This document shows, one piece after another, positions 20,301 through 29,984 of a stretch of DNA of 64,000 nt. The notes under the pieces are model-generated. The model was given only the letters and a program-made list of their open reading frames with translations, was not told the origin of the DNA and searched no databases. The translations under genes and the position numbers were made by a program. Each line of letters opens with the position of its first letter. Positions within the stretch are counted from its first letter, which is position 1. Where the stretch lies: positions 38,638 to 102,637 of IMG/VR virus record IMGVR_UViG_3300037634_002953; one strand, 5' to 3'. This DNA comes from a virus (lineage: Duplodnaviria > Caudoviricetes).

Positions 20301-23300
20301 ATTTGATAATTCAACAAGATCAAATTCAACACCATATGGTTCATAAAACACAAACTCTTGACGATGTCTACTATATCCATCAATAACAAATCCATTGGAT
20401 ACTTTTTTAAACTTAACACTACTTGCTGTTATTAATTGTTCTGTCAAACCGCCATGCATGTTTATCGTGTAATCATTACTGCCCAATGTATAAGCACCAG
20501 TGGCACTACTTTCACTTTTAACAGTAATTAATGATTTGTCTGTAAATCCAGCCAATGGCTGCATTAAATGTGTTTCTAAACTTGCTAATCTTTGGCTGCG
20601 GTCAAAATCTGCACGGCTGCGCAATTTATTATTATGCATTATCTGATCAATGCCTTTGAAGAATTCATAATCATCTTCAAATTCTATATCAAATTGTGCT
20701 TGTGGCCATTCTTGACCAGCTGGTGGTGCGTAACCAGTTGGGAATACTAATATAATATTTGGTAAACTAGTATAACCAGAACCGCGTCGAGTTAATTCAA
20801 CGCTCGTTAGTACACCACTGTGAATGTTTAGTTCAGCTTTGGCAGTATCTTCATGAGCTGTACCGCCAACAAATACAACTGTGGTTGCAGCTGGTACAAC
20901 CGTATCATTAGTACTAAGTATCTCCACGTTTTTAATCTGCTTGCCAACAGATTTGCCATGGAATGCCATATTTGTATTTGAAAATTGTGTTTCTGTATTT
21001 TTATTAACTACACTGCCGTCTGTAGAACTAAAATAATCACTTTCGCCTGGCTGGAAAACTTGCAACCATGTATTACATGGGTTTAGTTTCATAACTGCAT
21101 CAAGTATTGCTGCTGCTCCTAACGGAGTTTGTCGCCATTCATATTCAGTTGGGCCGACATCACCAAACACAAACAATTGTGCTGCATCTACTGCTGGCGG
21201 TGTTCCTAATACAATATCTGGCGACACAATTTCACCTAAAATATTCACAGGGGCCTTTGTTGCCCAATCCCAATCTATTCTTGCATATTTTGGGTTTTGT
21301 ATAATTGGTTCTCCAGGTTCGCTTATAATACCATAAGTTAATGCGTTAATTAAATTAGCACGTTTGGTTGTATTTGTCCAGTGATAATGTGTAGACCACC
21401 AAATTGGTTCTTCACCAAATCCAAGCATTTCCCATGGAGCAATTTCTGGTCGATCAGTAGCAAATAATAATGCATAAGCACCGCGCCAGTGTCCAGGATA
21501 ATTGTCATTTAGTTTTCCAGGTGCAACCAGAGTGCTATAATTCCAAGTAAATGGATCAAGTGCATCATAATAATTTTCAATATTTAATTCTGTATTACCT
21601 GTATTCTTTTGCCATTCTTTAAAAAATCTTTCAATATAATCATCAATAGTATGCCTTGTAAACCATGTGCCTTGAGAAATTGTTGGCATAAAATGCGAGT
21701 GCGATACTGTTGATGTTCTTGATATATTATTCCATATTCTTAATTCAAGTTCATATAATACTGCTGACGCAGCATCAAATTTTGGATTTGACGGATCGGA
21801 AATATTAACATTCTCTATTCCTGTGTCATGATAGTATCCATCATGACATATAATATGTGTTGTCCCATTATTAAATATGTTAGGCTCAATAACTGTGTCT
21901 AATCCGAGTTTTGCTAAACTAGCTGGGATATAACAATCATCTAGCGCATTGTGTTTGTAAATATGCAATGTTACATCTTCACCATTGGTGAAGTCTGTTT
22001 TACTAGTAGTAACTTTAATTAACCCTGATGCAATTGTATAATCACTATTTTCTTTTAATAGTCGAAATACTCGTGTATTATTACTATAATGATTATCTTC
22101 TATATAAACATTAATATGGTCTTTAACATATACATCAGCATTAATATTAACATCTATTCCATATTCACCACCAATTGCATCATATATTATTACTTGGTCA
22201 CATGCCAATTTTCCAAATGCCATGTTTGATTTACGATGTAATTCTTTGCCTTTATTATTTTCAGTTAGTTGACTAATAATTAAATTTGTTAACGATTTAA
22301 TATCTAATGTTGAATTGCTACTATACATTCGTTTTGCTTGCGCTACTAAACGATTTCTAAATGCATACCACTCTTTGGCTTGGTTTTTTATACCTTCAGT
22401 CAAATCTAAATTTTTATTTGCATATGTATAATCATGAATAATAGGACTACTATCTGTAATATATATTGTTCCGCCTAATGTATTTGTCTTTGGTATATAA
22501 TCATAATTATTATTACCATATGCTGCACCATCAAAACCTGGCTGGTGTTGTATTAAGCTAATCCAATGATTAAATGTTTCACCAATGGTGAAATCAGTTA
22601 ATTTTTCATTTGTTGGATTATTAACTATTGATTCTGGAACGATAGTCTCGCTGTTAGGGGTATTACGATAATATTCAATGTCAATAATATGATTCTCGCT
22701 TGCATCTAATGCGCTGCCTGAAATAGTAATTTCAGTACTTGTAGCTGAGTAATCTGAATAATTAATCTGTTGTCCATTTATGGTAATATGAAGATGTTGT
22801 TGTGCATACTTTTCGTGTGATGCTGTAATTATTCTTACTTTTCTATTTGTTCCATTTGCATACCATAATACATATTTGTCCTCGTCTGGCAATGTTACAC
22901 TATGTTTATTGCCAGTGACTACAATAGTTACTTTACCATCAAGACTAGTACCAGTAATAACTGATTCGCCCGACGGGTCAGTTGGATCAACCTGTAAAAA
23001 CTGTAGTGACTGGTCTGCTGATACATCGTAAAAATCAATAGTTGTATTTTGTTCTACTGTTAAAGGTGTACGAATACTTTCATTGTATATTTTATTATTG
23101 GTAACTTCAAGCAATGCGGGTTCACCATTTCTTTCAAAATATTCATAATGTAGTACTGGACGCCATTCACTTAGCGGCAAATCAATAGTAATATCTGTCT
23201 TTGTAGTATCAGTTTCACCAATTTGTTTAAGTGCCCATTCTAAATTTGTATTTTCATTTAATGCTGCTGTGCCTCCAGATACAAATGCACCTGTAACACC

Positions 23301-25151
23301 ACTGTTAATCGTAAAAGTGGTTTCTGTTGCAGCAACTATAGTTGCATTCATTAAATTATATTGGTTTGGTGCCATGCCTGTAATATTAATAGTCCATCCA
23401 ACTTTAAAATTATTATCAGCTAGAAATACAATAGTTTGACCATTGCCAGTGGCGCCTGTAATAGGTGCTGAAGGAATATCTGGTCCACTGATTATTTGTA
23501 ATTTTGTTTTAGCACCAACTGGAACTGTTGATGGTATATAGTTATTAAAACTTTTGCCGCCTGTGAAGTCATAAAAATAATTACCTAATATCTCTACTTC
23601 AACATTATTTTGATATTCTTGTGTATAATATCTTTCACTGTCAATATAGTTTGTAAATTCAACTTCACTTGTTGTACCAATATCCTTGTATGATGGAGCA
23701 AAGCCCAATTCAGTGTCAACCGCGCCGGTTCCAGTTTTATAACCAAATATATAGTTGCCATTAAATGTACTCTCACTATATGAATCTAGCCAGTTTGCTT
23801 GATAATCTTTTAATCTAAATAACGGTCTGGTGCTTGGCGTTACCATTGTTTGTATTAATGTGATGACATCATCTTTCCACTGGAAATCGTAACGACTATA
23901 ATCAGCCTGGTCACCGCTATAGTAATCATGCCCAATGGTCCAATAATCGCCGTCGGCCAGTGTAGTAGATGGTGTTAAACTAATACCATCTACATCTATC
24001 GTGTATATTGTATTATATGACTCTTGTATTGCATTTGTTGTTTTAATAATAACCTTTTCGCCTGCTACCCATGAACCAACATTTAATATCGGACCTAATG
24101 GCGAAATATCAGATAAATGTTCTAATCCAACTTGCCAATGTACTACATTATGGTGTGTACCAGAAGCAATATCCCATAATAATAAATTTCTATCAAATTC
24201 AATAATATTACGCTTTGCGTTTTTTGTATTATTACTCCATTCAAGTAAAGGAATTGATGGGTCAGCCTTGGCTAATAAACGCAATGCATCTATATGCATC
24301 CAGCGGTTTGCACGACTAAATCCAGATACAAAATCGTCATTGATATTACAAACCGTATAGCTTTTATCTTCCCAAGGTACCTGTACTCCGCTATAAAATT
24401 TAGTAAACGGTGTTAAACGCGATATGTTACTTTCTGAACGGAATTTAATTTTTTTGCCTACGCCACAAATAACATACGTATGATTTGTGATAGCTGGATC
24501 AAACCCTGCGCCAATAAATTGAACTACCATACCGTTATATAATTCAATAGTACCGCTTTCCGTTACTGTTGGCCCATCAACTATTTCATATGGAAGTTGA
24601 CCATTTATTACGTTATCAAAAACGTCAATAGGATTATAGTTAGTGTATGTAGTATTTGTCAGTGTAATTATTGCAGGTGCATCTAAAATTTCTGGACACC
24701 AGTAATACTGGCTAAAGTTAATAAATTTATCCACATTAATTGGAGGATTAAACATATATGAGCGTGTATTATATGCTGCATTATAATCATAATCATTGAA
24801 TTCAAGTTCGATACGATCTTTAATTTGATCCCAGCTAATGCTTTCTGTCATTTCACCACTATCGTCTTTTGCAACAATAGTAGGTTGCATATGCGTTAAT
24901 TGATTTGTATTTAAATATAAATCATTAACATCATTTAATTCTTGTCCCGTTGCAGCGCCCACATATGCATTAATGTCATCCAGGTCACCCTTGCTTATCA
25001 TTAAGTCAAGACTAGCATTTAACCATTTTTCATTTAAACTACTTTGAAAAACTCCTGGTAAAAACGTACTTGATTTAATTTTATCTAAAGCACGTGTACC
25101 AGCTCTGGTTTTGTTTAAAGCAGTTACTATTTTCTTTGGTTTAAATGTCAT
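14304..25151 (-). CDS. Giant baseplate wedge / structural protein (3615 aa)
   Basis: Follows gp6; PINVDKFINFSQYYW, PWEMLGF, YYFWV and C-terminal INEVKPFHTKI motifs of jumbo-myophage wedge proteins. Confidence 0.75.
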   Translation of the reverse strand: MTFKPKKIVTALNKTRAGTRALDKIKSSTFLPGVFQSSLNEKWLNASLDLMISKGDLDDINAYVGAATGQELNDVNDLYLNTNQLTHMQPTIVAKDDSGEMTESISWDQIKDRIELEFNDYDYNAAYNTRSYMFNPPINVDKFINFSQYYWCPEILDAPAIITLTNTTYTNYNPIDVFDNVINGQLPYEIVDGPTVTESGTIELYNGMVVQFIGAGFDPAITNHTYVICGVGKKIKFRSESNISRLTPFTKFYSGVQVPWEDKSYTVCNINDDFVSGFSRANRWMHIDALRLLAKADPSIPLLEWSNNTKNAKRNIIEFDRNLLLWDIASGTHHNVVHWQVGLEHLSDISPLGPILNVGSWVAGEKVIIKTTNAIQESYNTIYTIDVDGISLTPSTTLADGDYWTIGHDYYSGDQADYSRYDFQWKDDVITLIQTMVTPSTRPLFRLKDYQANWLDSYSESTFNGNYIFGYKTGTGAVDTELGFAPSYKDIGTTSEVEFTNYIDSERYYTQEYQNNVEVEILGNYFYDFTGGKSFNNYIPSTVPVGAKTKLQIISGPDIPSAPITGATGNGQTIVFLADNNFKVGWTINITGMAPNQYNLMNATIVAATETTFTINSGVTGAFVSGGTAALNENTNLEWALKQIGETDTTKTDITIDLPLSEWRPVLHYEYFERNGEPALLEVTNNKIYNESIRTPLTVEQNTTIDFYDVSADQSLQFLQVDPTDPSGESVITGTSLDGKVTIVVTGNKHSVTLPDEDKYVLWYANGTNRKVRIITASHEKYAQQHLHITINGQQINYSDYSATSTEITISGSALDASENHIIDIEYYRNTPNSETIVPESIVNNPTNEKLTDFTIGETFNHWISLIQHQPGFDGAAYGNNNYDYIPKTNTLGGTIYITDSSPIIHDYTYANKNLDLTEGIKNQAKEWYAFRNRLVAQAKRMYSSNSTLDIKSLTNLIISQLTENNKGKELHRKSNMAFGKLACDQVIIYDAIGGEYGIDVNINADVYVKDHINVYIEDNHYSNNTRVFRLLKENSDYTIASGLIKVTTSKTDFTNGEDVTLHIYKHNALDDCYIPASLAKLGLDTVIEPNIFNNGTTHIICHDGYYHDTGIENVNISDPSNPKFDAASAVLYELELRIWNNISRTSTVSHSHFMPTISQGTWFTRHTIDDYIERFFKEWQKNTGNTELNIENYYDALDPFTWNYSTLVAPGKLNDNYPGHWRGAYALLFATDRPEIAPWEMLGFGEEPIWWSTHYHWTNTTKRANLINALTYGIISEPGEPIIQNPKYARIDWDWATKAPVNILGEIVSPDIVLGTPPAVDAAQLFVFGDVGPTEYEWRQTPLGAAAILDAVMKLNPCNTWLQVFQPGESDYFSSTDGSVVNKNTETQFSNTNMAFHGKSVGKQIKNVEILSTNDTVVPAATTVVFVGGTAHEDTAKAELNIHSGVLTSVELTRRGSGYTSLPNIILVFPTGYAPPAGQEWPQAQFDIEFEDDYEFFKGIDQIMHNNKLRSRADFDRSQRLASLETHLMQPLAGFTDKSLITVKSESSATGAYTLGSNDYTINMHGGLTEQLITASSVKFKKVSNGFVIDGYSRHRQEFVFYEPYGVEFDLVELSNGLTVQKFKHFAKTPSILKFDTKLTRIQDVYNFIRGYAHYLESMGFSLQVSGEGIANEAVTWANQAGVDTTYISEIGQVVSFSSTEYSILPFGSLPGNINSIIGVDKNGNEVDVTIDNLCITRLNDTVTIHPSSINPKSTESNETIVNVTSASNLASTSGILTTDDYGNTIYRPAELPQTQLSNSEWNADVETNTVDVIRSVTVGLTRYYHGILFNNKTTFNEVIFDTVLGSQQKRLQLFGQRTRDWQGRKDAPGYLINDTSIVQNFDTLAADMNDLYDFNTTKFNDDVARLERMTLGITATNWIKNIDLPENVVNKFMQGVLKNKGTNSVVDKFNRSSVINQGQSDVDVTEYWMFNSSNFGDTVRNKSTEIKIKSTQVTDNPSIIDLADLSLDYVNKEIDTEFNMVPFDQLGITQRKAGDLKIDEYDYIASTMDSFAEIYNSTADYATIPTWSGSRSWKFNDLIRKDGILYKCAVDYIGYNELADYIIAQGVLDISSVSFPYAASPSPASATIDGIDIWFDKTVTTYPDIVATGTELNPSWTGDKQLIVDGSIVIDLTKEETVEEVDTGAAYGGVPVTTQIADHDSAVDVTGLVLSINSVSVDLQAAGAKPSPDENEVVTGTGAATYNLVGPNEPMDTMHEITATYPGSNTGGPYTAEFDDVNETITTTPALIVGDTVTVDYIKPYYISRTQLKAAINGNGSLTALSIAAVDHESNPARIAITRTTGVDPTDPGSYDPLTIDTASGNSAMALVAGTYNVTTHWVVQDALQDLPYIEGQIAAALPSATYSVGTSANSIQITKLASSGLGASSELTFGGTAQVLLGLLSAYAIGSSWEQPTDSTAAEVVADINLAMIPGVTAQVVTNRIVIQKDSGVDVQMDIGDTSFNSLAGLPIGILGVSDNTSNSFDPMKWTNISSEDTALFNAWILNDSKMERKAINNITASFSSWNVLQSQRIPAWAAIDAGDISSDGNDAKISLFNSSNDAYSRSAVNVGDYVMLLNTTSTPTISGIHKVTALEPTDINSFYIDRFIETDGRAEAVFVFRNARFNTYADMISAMAIANSDYNFATGDRIWVTESADPTPTPGTYSYLYNGDGTVTLNRSTTTYVDNSVLENIRLYDAAKQKTVIELELFDPLQGIIPGVADREIDFKYPVDIAVYNMSNDTNYNTNQRNAWTNDQVGKIWWDTSTVFYIDYKQGDANYAANNWGKQADTSSVDIYEWTKSTVTPDKWENEVAAGNDHYGTIASGEAYRIYDEATSEYIDYYTEDTVWNDHFSRYDTVYYFWVANKNTITSTDKTLATINIAAIINDPTSSGIPWAAAISQYKFIMNNIAYYVNDVNSVIQVNVKPDLASHSSWTAISEVSDLIPDYYYIGLQDNLVGTQRITNNPLPDKTLHEFNRYGDNRSIQYKYPGVKHSQAWFKDTLDARREAVDIINRLLIHQNIVDNLDGKWDRTLTKIYYDIPADAETGTSAEFELYKTTNWDPINNNLQGESFYNTETETLYRCTGSEWVQDSGWDMNLVWHYADYITQAFAANEVSATASVATYNDLLNIDTSKHSVVIVGPSTVCTSTNLQKEATYQWSGTGWNLVKKKNATIQFNDLIWNRNNLFAWDMQSWDGIWDHDPSGYVHYIIEACRNDLFIDSYLENFNNFFFGIVRYIANLHTQVDWFYKTTFIKLNIDTTINTSNQSHRLPKRLYKNNVDIFEGFINEVKPFHTKIKTVFDKYRVLDIAEINVTEESVNKFIEIKYEDEINDEFGPDVETYSTTFAAYAIPVLDGGDFTSTPVDSINGGGFDIPANYNITSGVARRSTYNGIIDESASFKVITNSSGATVDNDSRTYVYVIGQDHRLAAFGLEDAKATTVSADTLRTATTIEVTDPSVFRAHGGMAFINGEVISYLGVTGNQIEGVMHSNGETINGSHASGTQIIDISDTSVLQPFDSSSEFAMHNELPWLDFNDYVTMATSRMFDVGTGDSLVDPSATSNEALVMKNQGKGIAI

Positions 25152-25153
25152 AA

Positions 25154-28100
25154 TTAATTTCCTGTAGCCTTAATATTTTCGCTTGTAATTTCACTAACAA
25201 TTTCAATGTCGGTTAATGAAACATCTGGAATAAACAATTCATCACTCATTGGTGTTATTTGGAATAGTTTACCAAACACACTGTTTGCACTTTCTGGTAC
25301 AATAACAAAGCTGCTTATCTCGCCAGCTAATTCTTTATGTACATATGCTGCTAATTCTGTAAAGTAGAATGTTTCACCAAAGTCCCAATTATCAAGTGTA
25401 AAGAAACTGTAAATTGATTCTACAATACGGCTTTTAATTTCATTATCTGTAATAGATGATGTTGGCGACGTAATTACACTAAATGATGCACGAGCATCTT
25501 CAGTTGCTTTTATGCCAAATAATATTTTATATTTTACTGGATTATATATTACTGTGTCACTTAGTGATTTTTTGTCAGTAATTGTATTAAATTGTGCTGT
25601 TAACTCATTTGTTGTTGGAGCTAGTGGTGCATCTAATAGATTATTATCAGTTTTAATTAACCAATTTCTAAATTCAGTGTCATAGCTTCTTGTCAATACA
25701 AATGCATCAATAATATTACTAAAGCCTGGATCAATTATTTCATTATTGTCAGGTACATGTGTCCATTCAAATCGTAAATTTGTCATTGACGGTAACTCAT
25801 TAGCTATGTTATAATATACTTCTGGGTTGTCAGGTCTGCCATCATTGTCACCATCTTCAAGAACTAAATTTACACTGTTACTATAAAAAATGCCATTGTT
25901 GTCATAATTGTAACCATAAATGTAAAAATTACTGTACTCAACATTATTAATCACTACTGAAACATTATCACGCTTTTTCTTCTTAGTGTGATAATCTAAG
26001 TTATATTCATTTGTAATATTTGTAAATTCAATTTGATCACTTGTAATTCCGTATTTAACAACACGTGTAGATATATCAAATGCAGGGTCGTTTGAAGTAC
26101 AATAAATTAACCAACTGTCGATTCCTTCATTTGTAAACGATAATGGAAAAGCATCAGTTTTAATTTGAGATGTTACTGGTAATGTAGCAAACGCTTGTAG
26201 AACATGATCATAATAAATTATAAAGTCAGTTTTAGCTTCAAATTTAGCAATAATATCATCTCGCTCAGCAGTTGTAAATTTTCTTGGGAATGGCATATAA
26301 GCCATTGTCAATGTATGTACTGTTTTAATTTCAGTATCAAAAGTAATTGCGCCTGCGCCACGATGATTTAAACCGCTTGAGGTACCATTGGCATTATCTA
26401 CACCAAGACCATCGTTGCTAATATTTGATACTTTTGCCCATGTTACTGTACCAGTAACATCTTCAGTTAGTTTAACTAACGAGCCAACTTGTATATTTTT
26501 CATAAAGCCAGTAGCATTACTTACAATTACTGGGGCATCGTTCACAAAATATCCACTGGTATTGTCAATTGGTTGCCATTTATATATAGTTGCATCACTA
26601 GCTTTATCAGTTTCAAATGTTGTTTTCCATTTATGATAATATAAATTTACCAATTCTTGATTATTCAATAATGGACTAATAAAACGATCAAACATATCTC
26701 GGGCTGTCAAATTATTAGTATTGTCTTCAATTATTGTTTCACTGACAGTGATTGTACCATCTGTTGCAAAAAGACGCAAATTGGTATATTTACCAGTCGG
26801 ATCTGTTGGATTAATGTAACGACTGTGTCCGCTGTGTGTGCGGTTTACACTTTTTACTTTAGCAATTTGTTCACTTTGTGTAATTAAATAATTATTATAG
26901 TCTTGTGCTGTAATCATGCGATTTTGCGCACTGTATGCACGTGGCGCATTCTGTTTAATACTGTCTAAACTTTCACTGCTACTAGCATTAGTTACATTTG
27001 ATTGCAATAGTAAGCCAACAGTAACAGTATATGTGTTACCATCAATACCTTGGTATTTGATGTTTATTGATTTATTACCAATGTCATCTGGGCGCAATGC
27101 ATATGTTTGATTGAATCCTGTACGATACCAAACACGAATAATACCTTGTGGCAAGTTACCAAAACTTTCATCTGGAAACATTACACTAACTTGGTTATCT
27201 GCTCTAGTTTTAACAGCAAAAATATTTCGTTCAGTATGAATAGTATCATTATAGATTTCATTGAATCCGTATACACTTTCAACACTAGTCCATTTTGTAA
27301 TAACATTGCCTTGATCGTCAATAGTTTCAACCCATACATCACCATTGTTAATATCGTTAACATTGACGTCTAGTGTTAAGCTACTAATTGGGCTATTGAT
27401 ATTAAAGTCTTTAAAGCTAAGTGAGCCTTGTTTAAATCCTGCAAAGAAGCCTGTATTGGAACTACCCAATCCACGGCCATCATTTTTATAAACTAAACTA
27501 AAAGCATTAGCTGGATCAGGTGTATTTTCAAATAATACACCGCGTTCAGTATTATAATCCAAACCTATAATGTTAAATGGTTTACTTGTTCCTTGTGCTA
27601 CACCAGTAAATTCAAAAACAATTTGATTGTTTAAATTGTTTAAATTGTAAAAATGATGTTCAACACCAGAAATAGATGCAGTTTTTCTCGGATTACCAAA
27701 TTGGTTATTAATATTAAACACTGCGTTCATTACAGTAATAAAGTCATCAATTGTATCATTTGAACTTATGCTTTCATAGCGTAATGTTTTACCTGCTAAT
27801 GTATTACCATCGCTGCCTAATACACCTTCATTAGTTTTAACACTAATAATTTTAAGTTGACCAGCTGCTGGAATATTACGGCGAGGAATATATCCCAAAA
27901 ATTCAGCTAGTTTAAATACACTATCTTGTCGTTGTGCTGTACTTAAAAAGTTATTACGACTGTTTAAGTCATTTCTAAATGCAAAGTTATGTCCAAACTG
28001 TGCAATTACATCAAGTAATGCTACAAAGTCACTACTTTCAATCCAATCATTGAAATTCTCTGGGTATTGAGCTTGAATATATGTGACCATGCTTTCGCGA

Positions 28101-28207
28101 ATCGTATCAAAATCAAATGCTTTAAAGTTAGCATTAATATACGAATCATAAACAGCCATATAATCTTCAGCTGCAAACATCCTCACCTGCCTATTTTGCT
28201 GCGCCAT
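25154..28207 (-). CDS. gp6: Baseplate wedge subunit gp6-like
   Basis: FDFDTIR..M..YI...YPE.FND.IESS, FL.TA..QDSV..LA..LGY.P.R, ESLDSIK.NAP..Y.AQNRMITAQDY. Confidence 0.85.
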   Translation of the reverse strand: MAQQNRQVRMFAAEDYMAVYDSYINANFKAFDFDTIRESMVTYIQAQYPENFNDWIESSDFVALLDVIAQFGHNFAFRNDLNSRNNFLSTAQRQDSVFKLAEFLGYIPRRNIPAAGQLKIISVKTNEGVLGSDGNTLAGKTLRYESISSNDTIDDFITVMNAVFNINNQFGNPRKTASISGVEHHFYNLNNLNNQIVFEFTGVAQGTSKPFNIIGLDYNTERGVLFENTPDPANAFSLVYKNDGRGLGSSNTGFFAGFKQGSLSFKDFNINSPISSLTLDVNVNDINNGDVWVETIDDQGNVITKWTSVESVYGFNEIYNDTIHTERNIFAVKTRADNQVSVMFPDESFGNLPQGIIRVWYRTGFNQTYALRPDDIGNKSINIKYQGIDGNTYTVTVGLLLQSNVTNASSSESLDSIKQNAPRAYSAQNRMITAQDYNNYLITQSEQIAKVKSVNRTHSGHSRYINPTDPTGKYTNLRLFATDGTITVSETIIEDNTNNLTARDMFDRFISPLLNNQELVNLYYHKWKTTFETDKASDATIYKWQPIDNTSGYFVNDAPVIVSNATGFMKNIQVGSLVKLTEDVTGTVTWAKVSNISNDGLGVDNANGTSSGLNHRGAGAITFDTEIKTVHTLTMAYMPFPRKFTTAERDDIIAKFEAKTDFIIYYDHVLQAFATLPVTSQIKTDAFPLSFTNEGIDSWLIYCTSNDPAFDISTRVVKYGITSDQIEFTNITNEYNLDYHTKKKKRDNVSVVINNVEYSNFYIYGYNYDNNGIFYSNSVNLVLEDGDNDGRPDNPEVYYNIANELPSMTNLRFEWTHVPDNNEIIDPGFSNIIDAFVLTRSYDTEFRNWLIKTDNNLLDAPLAPTTNELTAQFNTITDKKSLSDTVIYNPVKYKILFGIKATEDARASFSVITSPTSSITDNEIKSRIVESIYSFFTLDNWDFGETFYFTELAAYVHKELAGEISSFVIVPESANSVFGKLFQITPMSDELFIPDVSLTDIEIVSEITSENIKATGN

Positions 28208-28208
28208 A

Positions 28209-28595
28209 TTATAAGTTATCCGTTTCTGTTTGTTCCCTCTGGAACTCTATGTAAATTGTTTCGACTTGATTTAACGGAATGTATTTTACATTCACTGAAA
28301 CATTGACCGAATATGTATCTTCAGTAACTTCAATATTATCATCTATTAATTCAAATCGTGGATCATAATCAATTACCTCAATGACTTCATCTCTAATTGA
28401 TTGAGCTACAAACTCATCAATTGGTTGAAATAAGTAATAAGGAATATTTGTCCCAAACTCTGGGTTGCTCCATTTCTCGCCTTTTTTAATGCTGAAATGG
28501 TTTTCGAGATCCTTCTTAGCGAGTTCTAATCCGGTTAGAGTTACGCTATTACATGATCGTAAGGTATTTGATGATCCAATTATTATATCTGCCAT
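28209..28595 (-). CDS. gp25: Baseplate wedge subunit gp25-like
   Basis: DLENHF.IKKGEK..NPEFGT.I..YLFQP, YDPR; start set at ATG 28595 behind a late promoter. Confidence 0.85.
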   Translation of the reverse strand: MADIIIGSSNTLRSCNSVTLTGLELAKKDLENHFSIKKGEKWSNPEFGTNIPYYLFQPIDEFVAQSIRDEVIEVIDYDPRFELIDDNIEVTEDTYSVNVSVNVKYIPLNQVETIYIEFQREQTETDNL

Positions 28596-28600
28596 AGTTG

Positions 28601-28608
28601 TATTTATG
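28601..28608 (-). promoter_or_regulatory. gp55-type late promoter (CATAAATA)
   Basis: NATAAATA immediately upstream of the gp25 ATG. Confidence 0.5.
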
Positions 28609-28658
28609 ACAAAAATTAAATACATAGTTAATGAATTGCTCATTAACCATGTACTTAA

Positions 28659-29204
28659 TTAGTTTGGTGTTATTACTAGACGTTCTTCTGGCCATTTAAG
28701 ATAAAGTTGCCAATTCTCGTCTGGAATATAAAGATCAAACGTTTTAGCTTGACAATTTATATCGTGATATTTTGGTTCGACTGGTTTATTGATTGGTTTT
28801 ATTAGTTTTTTACCTTTATATGAATTACAAGATTTGCAAGAAGCTACACAATTCTCCCAAGTAGTGCCGCCACCCATTACTCGCGGTATGACATGGTCAA
28901 TTGTCAAATCTTCAAATTTAAATCGTGTATTACAATATTGACATATAAGCCCATCGCGAATAAAAACATTTCGGCGTGAAAATTTTACTCCAGATGGAAG
29001 TTTATGATATTTGCTTAAAATCATTACGCTTGGCTTTGGCATACTAAATTTAGCACTATGTAAAATATCATTTTCATAACTATGTAATATGCGTGATTTA
29101 TCTTGGAAAAACAGCTTAACAGCGAGTTGCCAATTCACTGTACTTAATGGTATTAAACTTAATGGGTAACCGTCAGCATTTAATATTAATACTCTGTCTG
29201 CCAT
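28659..29204 (-). CDS. Free-standing HNH endonuclease (McrA-like Zn-ribbon type)
   Basis: RD...CQYC, TIDHVIPR..GG...WEN.V.SC..CN..KG. Confidence 0.9.
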   Translation of the reverse strand: MADRVLILNADGYPLSLIPLSTVNWQLAVKLFFQDKSRILHSYENDILHSAKFSMPKPSVMILSKYHKLPSGVKFSRRNVFIRDGLICQYCNTRFKFEDLTIDHVIPRVMGGGTTWENCVASCKSCNSYKGKKLIKPINKPVEPKYHDINCQAKTFDLYIPDENWQLYLKWPEERLVITPN

Positions 29205-29231
29205 AACTTATTTCCCTTGACTTAAAATTCC

Positions 29232-29984
29232 TTATACTATTATATTATTTTTAACTATATTATTACTATTTACATAATCTACCAATTGGCGTTTTCTTGG
29301 CTGTGTTAATCCAGGTAAAAATCTCGATGTCTCAACAAAATAAACAAATTCACATTGTTGCTTGGCTAAATTGTCTGTTAACCGTAAATATTCTGCTTTA
29401 ATATGACGCAATCCTTTTAATTTTAACATTTCTCGCGGGGTATGTCTACCATAATTCCCCATCATCATAATTTTAGCTTCTGCTTGAGATCTACTGCGTC
29501 CATTAGTATTATGAATCATTGCAGTTGCTACACGATCCCAATCCTCATTTTCAATATAGCTTTTAATATTAAAACTAGCTACACTTGATCCAACTTTATC
29601 CCATCTGCCACTAAAGTGGTATAAACTTACTAATGCATCATATTTGTTTTGTGATAATGCAGTTAACGGGAAGAATTTTTTAAATTCTCGTTCACTAGTC
29701 TTAAACTTATCAATCCAATGACTATACGCTTCTGATTCTAACATATTATACGCAGAATTAATACCATTCTCGGTACCATATCCAATATTATGTTTTCCAT
29801 TGCTTGTATGTTTAAATGGAATATACGGTGTTTGTCGCAATGCAAAATTTAATAATTCATTACTAGTTTCTAATTCATTTAATGGGATTAATGATTCTGA
29901 GAAATTTGGATCTTGTGGATACCTAGTAAAATCAATTACCATTGCATCAGTTATTTGTGTAGGTACTACAACATACTTAGGCAT
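29232..29984 (-). CDS. GH24 lysozyme-fold baseplate protein, possibly inactive
   Basis: IGYG, LSQN.YDALVSL and R...EA motifs; adjacent to gp5. Confidence 0.6.
   Translation of the reverse strand: MPKYVVVPTQITDAMVIDFTRYPQDPNFSESLIPLNELETSNELLNFALRQTPYIPFKHTSNGKHNIGYGTENGINSAYNMLESEAYSHWIDKFKTSEREFKKFFPLTALSQNKYDALVSLYHFSGRWDKVGSSVASFNIKSYIENEDWDRVATAMIHNTNGRSRSQAEAKIMMMGNYGRHTPREMLKLKGLRHIKAEYLRLTDNLAKQQCEFVYFVETSRFLPGLTQPRKRQLVDYVNSNNIVKNNIIV

Noticed and set aside
28596-28643. N-terminal extension of gp25 given in the ORF track
   Set aside because: It spans the late promoter motif; ATG 28595 gives a typical gp25 length.
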